From contig JAAOMT010000426.1 in assembly GCA_016748015.1 (NCBI GenBank), forward strand, positions 29,620-93,619: a stretch of DNA of 64,000 bases. The letters are read 5' to 3'. A program made the translations under genes and the position numbers. This stretch comes from Geosiphon pyriformis uo1 (Eukaryota > Fungi > Glomeromycota). This document shows positions 38,400 through 52,599 of the stretch, piece after piece. Position 1 is the stretch's first letter; the number at the start of each line of letters is the position of its first letter. The notes under the pieces were generated by a model. The model did no database searches, was not told the origin of the DNA, and was given only the letters and a program-made list of their open reading frames with translations.

Positions 38400-41300
38400 T
38401 TAATTTTTATGATTTGCCAATAAAAATGTTTTCTTAGTTAATTATTTAAAAAATATAATGTAACTTTAAATCTATTGCAAAAGTTTCTTTTGCTTATTTC
38501 GTCCCATCAATAATAAAATAATGAAAAAATGTGTTATTTTAAATCAACTTATTTTTATTCATAATATTTTAAAATATATACTTATTTAAAAGAAAGCAAA
38601 TTATTTTTTAAAAAATAATAAAACAATAATTCATAAAATTATTTTTAAAAATTCAAATTGGAAATGATCAAAAATAACTGATTTTTAATATATTTCTTTT
38701 CTTTTTAAATATTAATTCTTAAGAAATGGGAATCTTGGTTGCTTGGATATTGTTTATAAAATTAATTAATCAATTCTGTACAGTAGATAAAATTTTAAGT
38801 AGTTTTTAAAAAAAATTTAATAATATTTGATGTATCAATAATAAAGCTTATTCTGAAATTAGCTGAAAATTAAGGTTTTCAACAATTTCATATTTTGTTT
38901 TTTTTGAAATAATAACAGATAAAAATGATTTAACATTTTGAAATGACATTTTAAATATAACCTTTAATAATAAAATATAAAATACCTATTAATCTTGAAA
39001 TTTGTGAAATTTTAATTAATAAGCTATTTAATTAATTTAGTCAATTATTTTTAAGACTCAAACTTCTTAAAATTTAGCTTTCAAAATTTAAATATTACAT
39101 CACATTAATTTCGATTAATCAATTTTTTATATTTGAAATAAAAGTTTTGAAATTATTTATATGATAGTTATAATAAATTATTTTATACAAATTATATTAT
39201 GTGTAAAAACTTTGTTTGATTTTTTTAATAATCATTAATTTATTCTTCAAATATTGTTTTAGAATTTAATTAACCTTTTTTTTTGTAAATGCAAAGCTAT
39301 AATAAATTAGCTCTGGTTTCAAGCAAATTTTAAACTATAATTAAAAAAATTTTATTTAATAAACAATCTATTTTATTGCTTGTTATGAAAATTATTATGT
39401 TGCACATTAAAATGGGATTTGTTTTTAAAACTTTAATTTTTTTAAATTTAATATTCAAAGCATCTTAAAGTATGTAAAACTTTTTTTATATGTTTTAAAT
39501 ATATAAATAATCACAAAATCAAAACTTAATATTATTATTATTACAGATGAAAATAACATGTCAATAAATAAGAAAAAATAAAGTAACTAAAAACAATATA
39601 AATCTAACTAAGAAAAATTTTGAAAAAAATTGAATTAAATATGTAAAATTTTAATTAATATAATTAATTTCAAAAATTACAGTTGTTAATTCTTTTAAAG
39701 TAAAGTAAAGTAAAGAAATATTTTGTAATTGTCAATAAAAAATAACTTAACTGCTATAATTTTATGTTTTTTAAAATATAAATATATTATTCAAACAAAC
39801 CAAAACAAAGTTTTAATTAGCTGGTTAAAACACTTTATTTATCCAACATTAAATAATAAAAAATTTGGTCAATTCAAATAACATATTAATAAATTTATAC
39901 ATTTTATATTTTATAATAAAAACAGTTTTTTAATAAGTTTCAAAATTTATTTTACTTTTAAATTGGCTAAAAATTTTATTAATAATAGTATTTAATTAAT
40001 AGTAGTTAATACAAAAATTAATTTTCTTTAAATACTATTAAAATCAAAACAATTCATTTATTTTTTAATTTTTTGTATAAATTTGATTTTTTATCAAGCT
40101 TATTATTATAAAAATTTAATAAATAAAACAGACTTTTTGGATTAACAACACAATATTATTTTAAGTATATTATAATAAAACTAGCAAATAAATTTTCTAT
40201 TAAGGATATTTTTTAAATTAGTTTTTACATTAATTAAAAACATGTTATTACAAATAAATGTTAAAAAAACCAATTCGGCAGTTTTTTCACTTTTTTATTA
40301 TTATTATTAATTAAAGTTTGATTTAAAATTAGCATAAATTTTTTTTTTGATTTATATTATTAATTAGCACATATTATTGTTTTATATTTAAATACTGATA
40401 ATTTAATACTAAAACTTAATGAGGGATGTGGATTATGAAAGGACATGGGTAGCGTATAATGACCAAATATTGACCGAATATAGGATGCACGATTTTTGAG
40501 CCAGGGCTATTTTGGCAAGCAGAACGACAAGAGATAATTCAAAAAATCCTTTAAATAAAGCTTTTTTTTTCAAAAAACATATCTTATAATAAAGCAGTAT
40601 TTTTTATAATCTAAAAAACTTAAAAATATTTTTTGCTTTAAAATATTGAAATTATCAAAAGTTAACATCTATTTTACTATAAATTAATAATTTTGATGTT
40701 AATTAACTACCAACTTTAAAGAAATTGGTTTGGTTTTACTTATATTTTAAAAAACCTTTTTAATTATTTCACAATATTTTTTCCATTTTTTATTTACATT
40801 ATTTAAACTTTTGTACAAAAATTATAACTTTTTAAAAGCTTTATAAATAGCTTAAACTAATTGTAACTTTTTAAAAGATGGTTTTAAAACAAATTAATCT
40901 TAGTTACTTTTTTATTAAAACAAATCTTTTTTTGACTATTTTTCTAACACAAAAAAAACAATATTAATATACAACAAAAAAACAGCTTATAAATAAAAGA
41001 TTTTTGTTATTAGAAAAATGATGTTTGGTTTTTAGAAATGTTAATTTCTGGTTATACTTTTTCTAATATTTATTATCTAAAAACCAGTTTTGTGAATTAA
41101 TTACCTGGCAATTAATATTTTTTTAATATTTTTTAGATTAATACATTTTAATTGTGTTTTTTAAAGCTGTTCTGGAAAATATTTCCAAAATATTGTAAAT
41201 TATAAATGTTTGTTTTGTGCATTTTGTTTTTGATTATGTAAGCAAAATTTTCTTTTTTAATAAAATTAATAAATTCAAAAGATAAATAAACAATTAATAA

Positions 41301-42450
41301 CTTGTAAATAATCATGAATAAAAATTATTTGTTCAAATTATTAAGTTTTTTTTGAAGTTATTTAACAGAAATTATTAATTAATTAATATTAATTTAATCT
41401 TAAAAATTAGCCATATTAATTAAAACATTTAAACAGTATTAATTTATAAAATAATAATTATAATAACATAATATAAACAAAAATATAAAATTCTACACAA
41501 TTGAACATAATTATATACAATTACAAAGAAATTGGTTTTCTAAAAAGCAAAAAACGCTTGTTAAAAATCAATAACCCAATAATATAAAATTTGTTTACAC
41601 TTGAGTTAAAAAAGACTTATTTTTATATAATCACAAATACACATTAATAGAATAATTTTTAGCTTAAGAAAAGATATTAATTTTTTCAGATCAATCATCC
41701 AATATAATTATTTATTTATTAACAATTAGCAATTAGCTTAAAATAATCTTATCTAAAATAAAATTACATTTATTCAAAATTAAAAATTATTAATACAATT
41801 ATTATTAAAATATTAGACCATTTTTTTTACTTTCGGTCAATATTTATAGTTGGCTTTAAAATCTAGATAAATTTAATAATCCGGATAAATAATTCTTGAT
41901 TAAAATAATTTTAAAGTTATTAATTATTTTGTTTAAGTTTTAAATTTACTAATTTGTTATAAAGAGAAAACTATTCACATAATAAAAACAAAAATCGATT
42001 ATTCAAATATTTGAAAATTTGCAATATTAAAAAAAGATATTACAGATAGTTTCAAAAAAACAAACAGAATTATCATACCAATTTTAATAAAGGAATAATA
42101 CAGATTAATAATAATATTATCCATATTATTAAAGAAATTATTTGATTTATTGTCAGTAAATAACTTATAAGATTGACTTTTACCTATTATTATTTAACTA
42201 TTATTATGAATAATCTCAAGAAACTTGGACTCAGAATCCTAAGCAATCCCAAGAAAATGCTTTTTTCTAAGATTACAAATAAGTTAGTTGCTTCAAAAGT
42301 TGGTTGTTGCTTTTTTCTGATTATTTAAAAAATAGTAGTATAAATAACTTAGAAGAACAATAGCTTTGTTATTGTTTTGTTGTTAAAGACATTTTTAAAA
42401 GATAAATTTGATTGTAAATTGAAAAGGCTAATTCTTCACTAAAAAGTAAT
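38400..42450. mobile_element. AT-rich eroded repeat/transposon block, family not assignable
   Basis: About 4 kb with no ORF of 60 aa or more and strong C/G depletion. Confidence 0.4.
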
Positions 42451-43676
42451 ATTTTCCAAAACTAAAATTTATTGACCTTTTGCTGTAAAACATATTTTTC
42501 CTTATGACATTGTCAAAAATTACTGTTGAAATAAGGAATCGCTTTTAATGCATGATCCGATTTTTTTATCACCGAAAATTATGAAAATCGAAAGTTAAAA
42601 CGCATTAAAAGTTTCTATCAACAATCTTAACTTCTCTTTTGACCTTAAGATGAAATTCTTACAATCACTTACAAACAGTTTTAGGGACTGACAAACCGGT
42701 AATGCAATATATAATTTTTGATCAAGCTTGTCCGAGTTTATTCAGGTAGCCTTATTGAAATTTTAAAGAATATCGAGTAATGTGAGCTGAATTATTTAGC
42801 ACCTGTTCATTTAAATGAATTTTAAAATAATAAAATTAGACTGGAAACCAAAAATCGGGGTAGATTTTCATTTGGAATCTATGAATTTTTATAAATTGGC
42901 TTTAACATAATAAAAAATTTAAGATATTATTCTAATCAAATTTTCATCTTTCGAATAAAAAATTTTTTTTCTCATTATTTCAATAGGAATAAAAGATGTC
43001 CAATTTTATTATATCGAAAAAAAGCACAAATACCATGTAAATAAATATAAACTGAAAAAAGTAAATTTTTGTTTCTTTCCTATCATACTCTTTTTAAATA
43101 TTTTACGGTTTCCCAACTAATGAAAGATTACATTTTTTTGGTTTAACTTTAAAACCAACTATTATTCAAGCTTCCGGCTTCCTTACTATTCTCTAATTCC
43201 TCCAAAATAAATTCTTTCCTTCGAAAATCTTTGTATTTAACCTCAAGCTATGAATTAACCCTTGCTTTAATATAAAAATCAAGGATCTCTCCTCAAAGAC
43301 ATTGTTTTGAATAGCTCATGTTTTTATCGCGTCATTCAAGCAGTTAAAATTCCATACCCAATCTTTAAATAGAAATTGAAAAATAAATAGAGCCTGATTT
43401 GAATTTTTAGTGTAAAGAATTTTAGGTTCAGCACGAAGTAAAAATTCCAGTCTCTCTAAATAGGCTTACCAAAAAATCTCAAGTTTAAAATCTGAAGCCA
43501 TATCTAATCCTTATCGGCGGCTCTGATTCTAAAAAAAACTAGCTACTTTGATTCACAAAATTAAAAAGTTTCAGTTTATTGAAATTACAAAAGTTTAGGC
43601 TTGAGAAATTTAAAGTAGTCTAATTTTGATCACTATAAAACTAACATCTGAAGGTTTGCCAAATGTAAAAAAGTCT

Positions 43677-44790
43677 TTAACTGGATGAATAATCTGAAAT
43701 ATAAACAGGATTTTCAGGTGTCGTGCATTTGGTATGTAAAGTACTTCCTTCACCCTGTAAATCAGCCAATCGTGCAAAATCTGCTGGAGTAAAATCGTCA
43801 GTAGTGCCACCAACTAATGATGCATCTTTTCTTTTCACTTCTTGATATCGACCATACTTTCCCTTTGAAATAAAGTCTTTCCGTTGAACAAAACCATCTC
43901 GATCCCAGACCACCCAAAAATAAACACCTGGATCGGAGATAGGAACTACTATTAGAGCACTGGATGAAGAGCACTTGGGAGGTTGGTTATCCAATGGTAA
44001 GCAGGAAATATTTAGTCCATGTGGTTGAAAATCTTCCACCCCAATAACTGTTAGAGCATGAGAAATTTCTCTTAAATTAGTTTCTAAATCAAATTAGAAA
44101 AAAATATAATTTAAAAACATTTACCATTTGAGGGGCGAAAAATATCTCTTTGTTTCAATTGACCAGCTGAAGAATCTTGTACACTGATATATCCGTATCC
44201 TTCTCCGAAATTCCAGGGGAATTCACTGAGATCTTTCTGGTTTGGTCGTTTGAAAATATATTCTTTAGTTTTAGAGTTCTTGGTTGTGAGAGGCCCAAGA
44301 AGAGCTAGGGCAGGGTAAAAATTTTCATATTCTGAAATTCAAAAAGAAAAGTATTAAGCTATATTGTTCTTCAATATTAAAAATCAAGAAAGCTTTTATC
44401 TTTTTCTAATTTAATACCCTTGCAAGCTGGAACTTGAAGATATCCTGTAAAAATCATTTCAGCATTATCAGTTTTATTATATTTGAACACATCATAATCA
44501 TTTACCCCATTCAACAGAATATTGACTACATAAGCTGCATATGGTCTTAAAGTTACGTTTTGACCTTTGACTGCAGTTTGTCGTTTTATGTCAAAAGGAT
44601 TGCTAAACGAAAAATCTTCAAGACTTTTATCGTATGTAGCATAAGATTTTGGAATTTGATTCCAATTATATGCTCGCAAACGTTCAGGTTCATAAAATGG
44701 CAAATGTGCGAAACAGATTGTTGGCAGAAGTATTAAGAATGAGAATAAAGTTAGCGTTGCTGAAAAACAAAATTTTGAGAACATTTTCAT
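43677..44790 (-). CDS. Secreted hypothetical protein; exons 44790-44418, 44331-44125, 44047-43677
   Basis: Signal peptide ending ICFA-HLPFYE. Two phase-1 GT-AG introns join three open exons: ...DYDVFKY...VPACK/EYENFYPALALLGP...FPWNFGEGYGYI...PGVYFWVVWD. Confidence 0.85.
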
Positions 44791-47700
44791 TTTTGACTAT
44801 GTTTTTTAGAAGAGTTTTTTTCCTTATTATCTAAAGCTCATACTTAAGCTTTTTCTTGTATTATTATTTCCTCAGTAAAATCTAGATCGCAAACTTTTAC
44901 GCCTTGTTTTTAGCACGCACACCATTGTATGGAGATAGGGGATGTCAATTGAGAAAGTTTTTACCTATCAAAGATCCATAGGCATGAAAAATAAATCCAA
45001 ACTTCCTTGATATTTTTTTGGAAAAAAGTTTTACCCACACATCGAAACGCGTTGTTTAGAAATTTCCTTCATCTTATTGACCATATTTTGCCTACTCCAA
45101 ACCTTTGGAGGAATACAGAGATAAATTTTTCTTTGACATCTTCCAAACAACTCTAGACCTTATCAAAAAGTGTTGTTAAATTGTAAATATTTGTGTAGAT
45201 AAAATTATAATGTTGTTTAACTACATTAAGTACCTTAATAATATGTTATAAAACAATGTTAAAAAACATAATATTAAAATAAATAAATCTGCTTACAAAT
45301 AAACATCAACAATATTTTTAAAATGCTAAATGATATATTGTTTATGAAAAATCTTTATATCTTATTTGCTGTTTTCTTGGTTTGAAATTTTACTATTAAT
45401 GTTAATTTAGCTATAATATTTAAGATAAAACTTAATCAAACAATAGTCATATTTTTATAATTGGAGATCGTTATATTTTATACATAAATATTTAATTTTA
45501 ATCATTTTAATGATGTATTAGCTACGATGTTATATATTTTGCCACTTTATTTTTAGAATTAGTTATTATTTCAATTATTAACTTGATTATTAACTTAACT
45601 AAATTATTAATCTAGTCATTAATTTAGTTATTTATGCTTTTTATTTATTATATAAATAAAACTTTCCAAAGTATAAGGAAGATATCTGAATACATTTTAA
45701 CATTTTTTTATTTTAAGATTATCAAAAAAAATTTTCTTAATTTGTATTATACTTAATAAAATATTTTGATTTTAACGATTTTCTATTCAATTTTTAAAAA
45801 TGAATTTTATTTTCATTTTTATTATTTTATTTACTTCATTTCTCAAATCCGATATCTTAGGACTTTTGTTTTAGTAAATTATTTACTAAATGTATACACT
45901 TTTTGAAGCCAGTCAGTAAAAATGGAAAACTTAATTTTGCAGAAAAGCAGGCTTGTTAAATTTAATCTTTGAATATATTTTTTCTAGGATTTGTTTTTTT
46001 TAATAAATTGATTAAAAAATAAAATTCAGATCTTTCGAAATAAATATTCAACTATTCAATTAAACATTGTCTATTAATAAAAATATAAACCCAAAAATTC
46101 AATGCTAAAAATATTCTTTTTTAATGCTTAAAAATAGCAAAATATAACAGATAAATATAAATTCAAAAAATGAATACTAAAAGCTTTTCATCAATTTTTT
46201 TGAATCAAAGCCCTTGAGTCAAAATTTTGAATATTCAATAAAATAAGCAATAAAAGATTTATAGAGTTATTAAAGTAATTAATCATTGTATTTAGTCAGA
46301 ATAATTTTTTCCCTACTAAATTTATATTCAGCACAATATTTAATTTATTTATTAAACAATCCAATCTAAATTTAACATTACGCTTTCATAAATTTAGCAT
46401 AAAATAAACTTTCCTGATTTATTATCATTATTATCATTATTATTATTATTATTAATTAATAATGATTTAAACCATAAAATTTGAAATATAATATTTAATT
46501 ATAATTACTTGAATAATTATTAATAAAACTTTTACTAATTAATATGGTCCAAAAATAAGTTAATAATAATAATAATATAAAATAAAGTCAAGTTTTTGAC
46601 CTATTCTTAATTATTTTAATTAAACTACATAAATATTCTAAGAGAATACCATTATTAAATTAAATAATAAGCATATTTTGATTTTAGATTATGATTATAT
46701 ATTTAAAATAAATACTGGGACAGTTTACTTGAAAAATAATAAATTATTAATTTAATCAAACAATTGAAATGAAATAAATTTTTGAAGAGTAAACTAAAAT
46801 TGGTGTTAAGAACTATAAATTTGAATAACAAAGCTTAATTTTTATGATTGCAAACTATCTTCTTAAGACAACTAAAAAATATTTAATAGTTATTTTCTAA
46901 ACCGATTTATAAGCTTTTGTGCAAATTTTAAACTTCAAAATGTAAAATGATGACTTTTTTTCTAAGCACAATTATTTTTAAAAAAAATTATCTGTTTTCA
47001 AAATACGTCAGGGAGAAAAAGGCTCTGATAAAAAACTTTTTTTTCAAATCAAACTTGAGCATATCAAGTTATTAAAGTGAAAAGTGTATGAAATCAATTT
47101 TATTTTCTGTTTGTCTTTTTTCATCAATTTGTCGAACTAAAGAGAGTGACTTCTGAAAATTTTTCAGTAAAAAATCCTCATTTCATTGTACAAAGATTTT
47201 TGTTTATGCCTATATCTTATCAACCATACAAATTCTCAATAATTTCCAAATTCATAACATGTGGTAAGTAAGTAAATTTTTGTGTTTCATACTTACAATT
47301 ATCTCAAGTGAGGCTTTGAGAAGAGTGAAAGACCCAGTTTGAAAAGCTTTCGATTCTTACGATTTCAATAGAATTTTATTTGTTTTTCAAATCGAGCATT
47401 GGTCACTTTTTTCAATGGACACGGATATATCGTGTGAATTTTATTTAATGGGATAGAAAATATTCCGGGAAATAGCAAAAAATTTATTTCATGTGCGGAG
47501 AAGCAAGTTTCAATGTTAATAAGATTAGAAGAGAAACTGTTTATATTTAAAATGGTTCATTTGTTTCTCGGAAAAATGGTGAAACTATAAATTAGAAAAC
47601 ATTACTTTTTATTTGATAATATCGTTCGCTATTAATATTTTTGAAGCGAAAATTTACATGGTTAAAACAAAAATTGTCGAAGAAAGATTTTAATAAATTG

Positions 47701-47859
47701 TAATTGAGAAAAATAGTGCCCAAAGAAGAAATAGATAAAATTGATATTTGTCAAAATAAAAAGATCCAGATATGAATTTACTAAATTTCATGACTATATG
47801 ATAATTCGCTAAAATTAAATTCATTTCAAATCGCTTACTATGCTGCGGGTATCATATCA

Positions 47860-48640
47860 AGTCCAACTGACTGAGGCCCCAAGTCATATCATTCTTTAAA
47901 TTATACTTCATAGTCATTTATGTCTATGTATACTAAGCCCATCCATTCAATAAAGCGGCAGTACTTGTCAGTAGAACACCAAAAATACCAACATTTATTG
48001 ACTGGTCAAGACTTTTCGTTATTATTTCGTCATGGGAGAATGTTAAACCTTGTGAGAACAGTGAATTTGTTTGCTTATTTGTCAGTACAGATTGCTCGTA
48101 TGATGAGAGATAACTGTTGGCGCTTAATCCTTGGTACGGGCCAACTGTTACCATAGATGCCTTCATGAATACCGATATTACAGCAAAGTAAAGAAAGGCT
48201 TTGATACTTTGTTGTGGTCCTGATATTTGCCTTAGTTGTTGGTCTTCTAATGTTGAAGTGGTTATTGAAGTTTTTTGAAAACTCATTTTTGCAATAATAT
48301 TTTTTATATAGTGTTTTGAAAAAAATATAATATCAAAGAGGCAAGAAATTTCTAGGTCAAATACAAAGGCTTCGAATGAGTTATAAAATTCTTTGTTTAT
48401 GCCAAAAGCCGCTTGCAATAGACCAAAAAGTATCAATATGAGAAGCGCACACGATCAAATAATCGCTTATATTTTCCGTCATTCTGCGGAACGGTTAAGC
48501 AGCAGCGAGTATTGTTAGCTACACAAAGCTGAGAGTTTACTGTAACACCAAAAAACATATTAATGATGGGAGATTGAGGTTTTTGTGCTTGTAAGCATTC
48601 ATTTGAAACCATTACCATTTGAAAAATTTGCACATTTTCA
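47860..48640 (-). pseudogene. Disrupted membrane-protein gene, possibly a transporter C-terminal relic
   Basis: Adjacent ORF pieces with hydrophobic segments (AFLYFAVISVFM; VGIFGVLLTSTAALLNGW) broken by stops; no diagnostic motif. Confidence 0.3.
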
Positions 48641-51600
48641 TCCCTGGTGCGACCCCCGTTTGATTAATACATTACTATAACATTCGTCAGACAAACCTTA
48701 TTTCACCTTTGAGATGAAAAGGGAAGTGATATTCTTAATCATGCGCCGCATTTTGGGTCAGCGGACTTTGGGAATGTCGTAATATTCTAGAGAATTTTAC
48801 GAGCCATTATAAGTTTTTAGGTTATCAAATCTTCCAAGTTTGGAAAACCATCTTTACATGCCGGTTAAGAATTTTGCTTAACAATGCCTATAATAATAAT
48901 AATTAGCCATTTTTTTCGTCACAGTTCAAGATTGTTACCTTAAAAATAACTTTCCTTATTTCTTGGTCTCATTGTTTTCTTTTTTGTCATTCTTGGTTAA
49001 TTCATATTTATATTGTTTTCTGCTGTTATTGTCATTTCAATTGTTCTCTTGATCTAGAAAAATTAAAAGATTTGTAAATTTAAATTATAAAAATATTTAC
49101 CTTTTTTTGTTTTCTTCTTTTTTGTCGTTGTTTCACTGTCATTTTAAAAGTATTTGCTGTTTTTTTCTGTTTTATTGCTTTTCTTTTTTTGCTGTTATTA
49201 TTGTTTTGATTATTGTTTCAATTTAATAATTTAAAAAAAGAAATATCTTCTTTTTTTTTTAGTTTTCTTTTGAAATTAAAAATAGTATTTTGATTCTTTA
49301 ATAATTGCATCTGTTTCTTTATAAATTAATTAAAAATTGATATTAACTACTTTTAATAATAATAATTTATATATTTATTTGTATACGAAACAATCAAGAA
49401 ATGTGGCATTTTATAAAATACTTTGTGTTATTAGCTTACCCAAAGAAAAATATTTGTAAAAGCATTTTTATTCAAAATATTTTTTTATAATATTTTTTTT
49501 ACTAATTTTAAATACTAATAATAATAATATTATTATTATTATTAAAAAATATTATATTTACATTCAAGTTTTTAAAACAAAAAATCAAAAAACAAAAACA
49601 AAGTTTTAGTTTAATTTCAATATATAAATTTATCATAATATTAACTTTAACTTAATTTTAAATATTCAAAAGTTAAAAATGTAATAAAATTATTAATTTT
49701 TATTTTTTTTATTATATTTAACAAAGTTTAATTCTTTTACTGTCTATAAGTTTTACAAAATATTACATTTAGAAATGTGGATTATGTAAAAAATTTAATC
49801 ATAATATTAATAATCAACAAATTATAATTTAATACCAGAAACTTTATTAAAAACACATAAAGCATTTTCATATTATCTACAATAGTTTTTAAGAAAAAAT
49901 TATGAAAAAAACAGTAACAAATACAATATTAAACTTAAAAAATTTTCCAATCTTAAGAATAATAAAAAATAATAATTTAACAAGTTTAATTTTAATACTA
50001 TTATAAGTATTTTTTTAAATAAGTTTTTATAATTTAATGCTTTTATTTGATAAATAATTCTAAAGATTTTAGATATTTAAAGATTTTATTGGTTGAGTTT
50101 TTATATAAAAGATAGAAATTTAATGATTTATGTTGCTTTTGACAATTGTATATTTAATATATTCTGCTTTTTTAGTAAAATTTCTTTAATGTTCAATTAC
50201 TTTTTTGTTAAGTTATTTTATTTTAATAGATTATTTCTATTTTTATAATTTGCATATATTTTTTAGATTATTTGTAATGTTATTTTTTTTAGCAAATTAA
50301 TTTACAACAAACAAAAGCCAAAAAAAAATATAGAAATAAAAATTAAAAAATTAATGTTTTATTAATAGTTATAATTAAGAACTATTTATTAGAATTATGT
50401 TTTTGGTATTTTTTAATAAATAAAATAATTAGAAGAATTAAATTACAACAAAAATGTTTCAAATTTATAAGTTTTGATAAATAATTTTTTATTTAAAATA
50501 AAAAATGATTTTCATTTAAAAATGAAACTAGTTTTTAATTTTTTGATTGTTTAATTATTAGCTAATTTTTTTGTTAACTAATACTATTTATACATATATA
50601 TATTTATAATAAAATAAGATGCTTTATAATAATTTTAATATTTCTAGTTTTTTTAATTATTTTTTAATTATTTAGAAACATTTTTGTTGTTTTTAATATT
50701 TCTGGTATTTTATAATATTTTTTTGAATTTTTAATATTTTTAATATTATTTATAATACTAATATCTAATTGGCTAATACTATTATTATTTTTATTTGATT
50801 TTCATATTTGAATAATAATAACAGTATTTAAAAAAACCTAAAATACAAACTCCATACAAAAAAATCAAACATAAATCTTAATAACCAACTTAAATACAGT
50901 TACAATATAAACCAATTTAGTTTTTATAGTATTATTAAATATCAAAATAAAAATAATCTATTTAAAAAACTTTTATTAACTTGTAATAGTTTTTTAAATA
51001 TTATTAAAACTAATAATGTTTTTAAAAAGCAAAGAAAAAAAATGCTTTAGTTTTTATTTTATTATTTTAATCTTTAAAATTAAGTGACTTAATAAATTAA
51101 CTTGTTTTGTTTTTAAAACTAATACAAATTCAGCCAAGTATTAATAAAAACCAGTTTTAGCAATTGTATTATTGTTGCTATTATCTACAATAAAAATAAA
51201 GTTAGTGTTTATAATTAGATTAAAATTAAGCATCATAATTAATAAAGTTGTAATAAAATTGATAAAAACATTAAAAAATTAAAAAAAAGCCAATGCTTTA
51301 TTTTTTATAAGAAAAAACAGGCCTTAAATCAAAAATGTTGTTTTGGAAAACATCCAGAAGAATATTTTTTACTTCTTAAAAAAGCTTGTTGTTTTAAGTT
51401 TGAGAAAAAAATAGCTTTTTTGATTATTTAAGCAACAATAAAAATAATACTTATATTAATACTATTTTTAGTTGGTTATTTGAAAAAAACTTTGTGTAAA
51501 AAATTCTTTATTCAACGCTAAAAATAGTGTTTTTTTAATAGTTCTGTATTTTTATTATTTAGAAGAAGCACTTTAAAAAAATACTGTATAGCTGTCTTTA

Positions 51601-52599
51601 ATTCTAAGAAAATTTTTAGAGTATTTAAAACTGAGAGAAAAAATTGGTTGCTTTTTTTACTTTTTGTTTGATTGTAGTCATAAAAATATAAAAAAATATA
51701 TTTGTAATATTACTTAAAAATTTGCTATTATTTGCAAAAAAATATTTCGGTTATTTATAAAACATTAAAACAAACGAAAAACAACAATTCTTTTTTATTA
51801 TACTGTTGTTTTTATATTAAAATTATTATATTAATTGATAAAAAAATTTAAATTAAATTAAATTTTTTTAAAAACAGTTAAATTTTTGCAAATATTCAGA
51901 TTATTAAAAACTTAAATAAATTCAAAATAACATCACAATAATTTTTACTAATTGCTACATAATTGTAATATCAAATTAAATAAGCACAATTATTTGTTAT
52001 ATTTATATTAATATTTTCTAAATAAACAGAAAAAGTATTAATTTCAAAAGACTGCAATATATGATTACCCAAAAATTTTAAAATTTTTTTAAAACACATT
52101 TGAGATAATATTTGTCAATATTTTAATAAAAATATTAAGATATTTATGTAATAAATCAAAAACAAAAAAATTATTTAAAAAATGAATAATTAAAAGTCTT
52201 GTCGATTTACCAATCTAATAATTAAACAAAAAATTTTAAAAATATGTTATTGTTTAAAATAAAATTTATATATTTGAATTTGTAATTAATATAATAATGT
52301 TTAAAAAGAAATGTAAAATGTTAAAACTATAATAACAAAAGTTTTATTTTAAAAACAAATAAGAAATGATAGTTATATTTAAGAATAGTTAATTATTTAA
52401 TATTTATGTATTACAATTCATTTAAAAACTAAATTATTGTTATAAATTGATGGTTTAATGTATTATAAAGTTTTGTTTATTAATTTTGGATTAAGTTTTA
52501 TGCTTATTTTGTATATTTTAATTAACATAAAGAATTGTGTACTTTCAATATTAAATAATAAAATCTTTGCCATTATTAATTAATTTAGCTATTAAAATT

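Noticed and set aside
40465-41845. 14-bp perfect inverted repeat (aaatattgaccgaa at 40465-40478 and its complement at 41832-41845) as possible TIRs
   Set aside because: It does not extend in either direction, no target-site duplication was seen, and such a match is plausible by chance in DNA this AT-rich.
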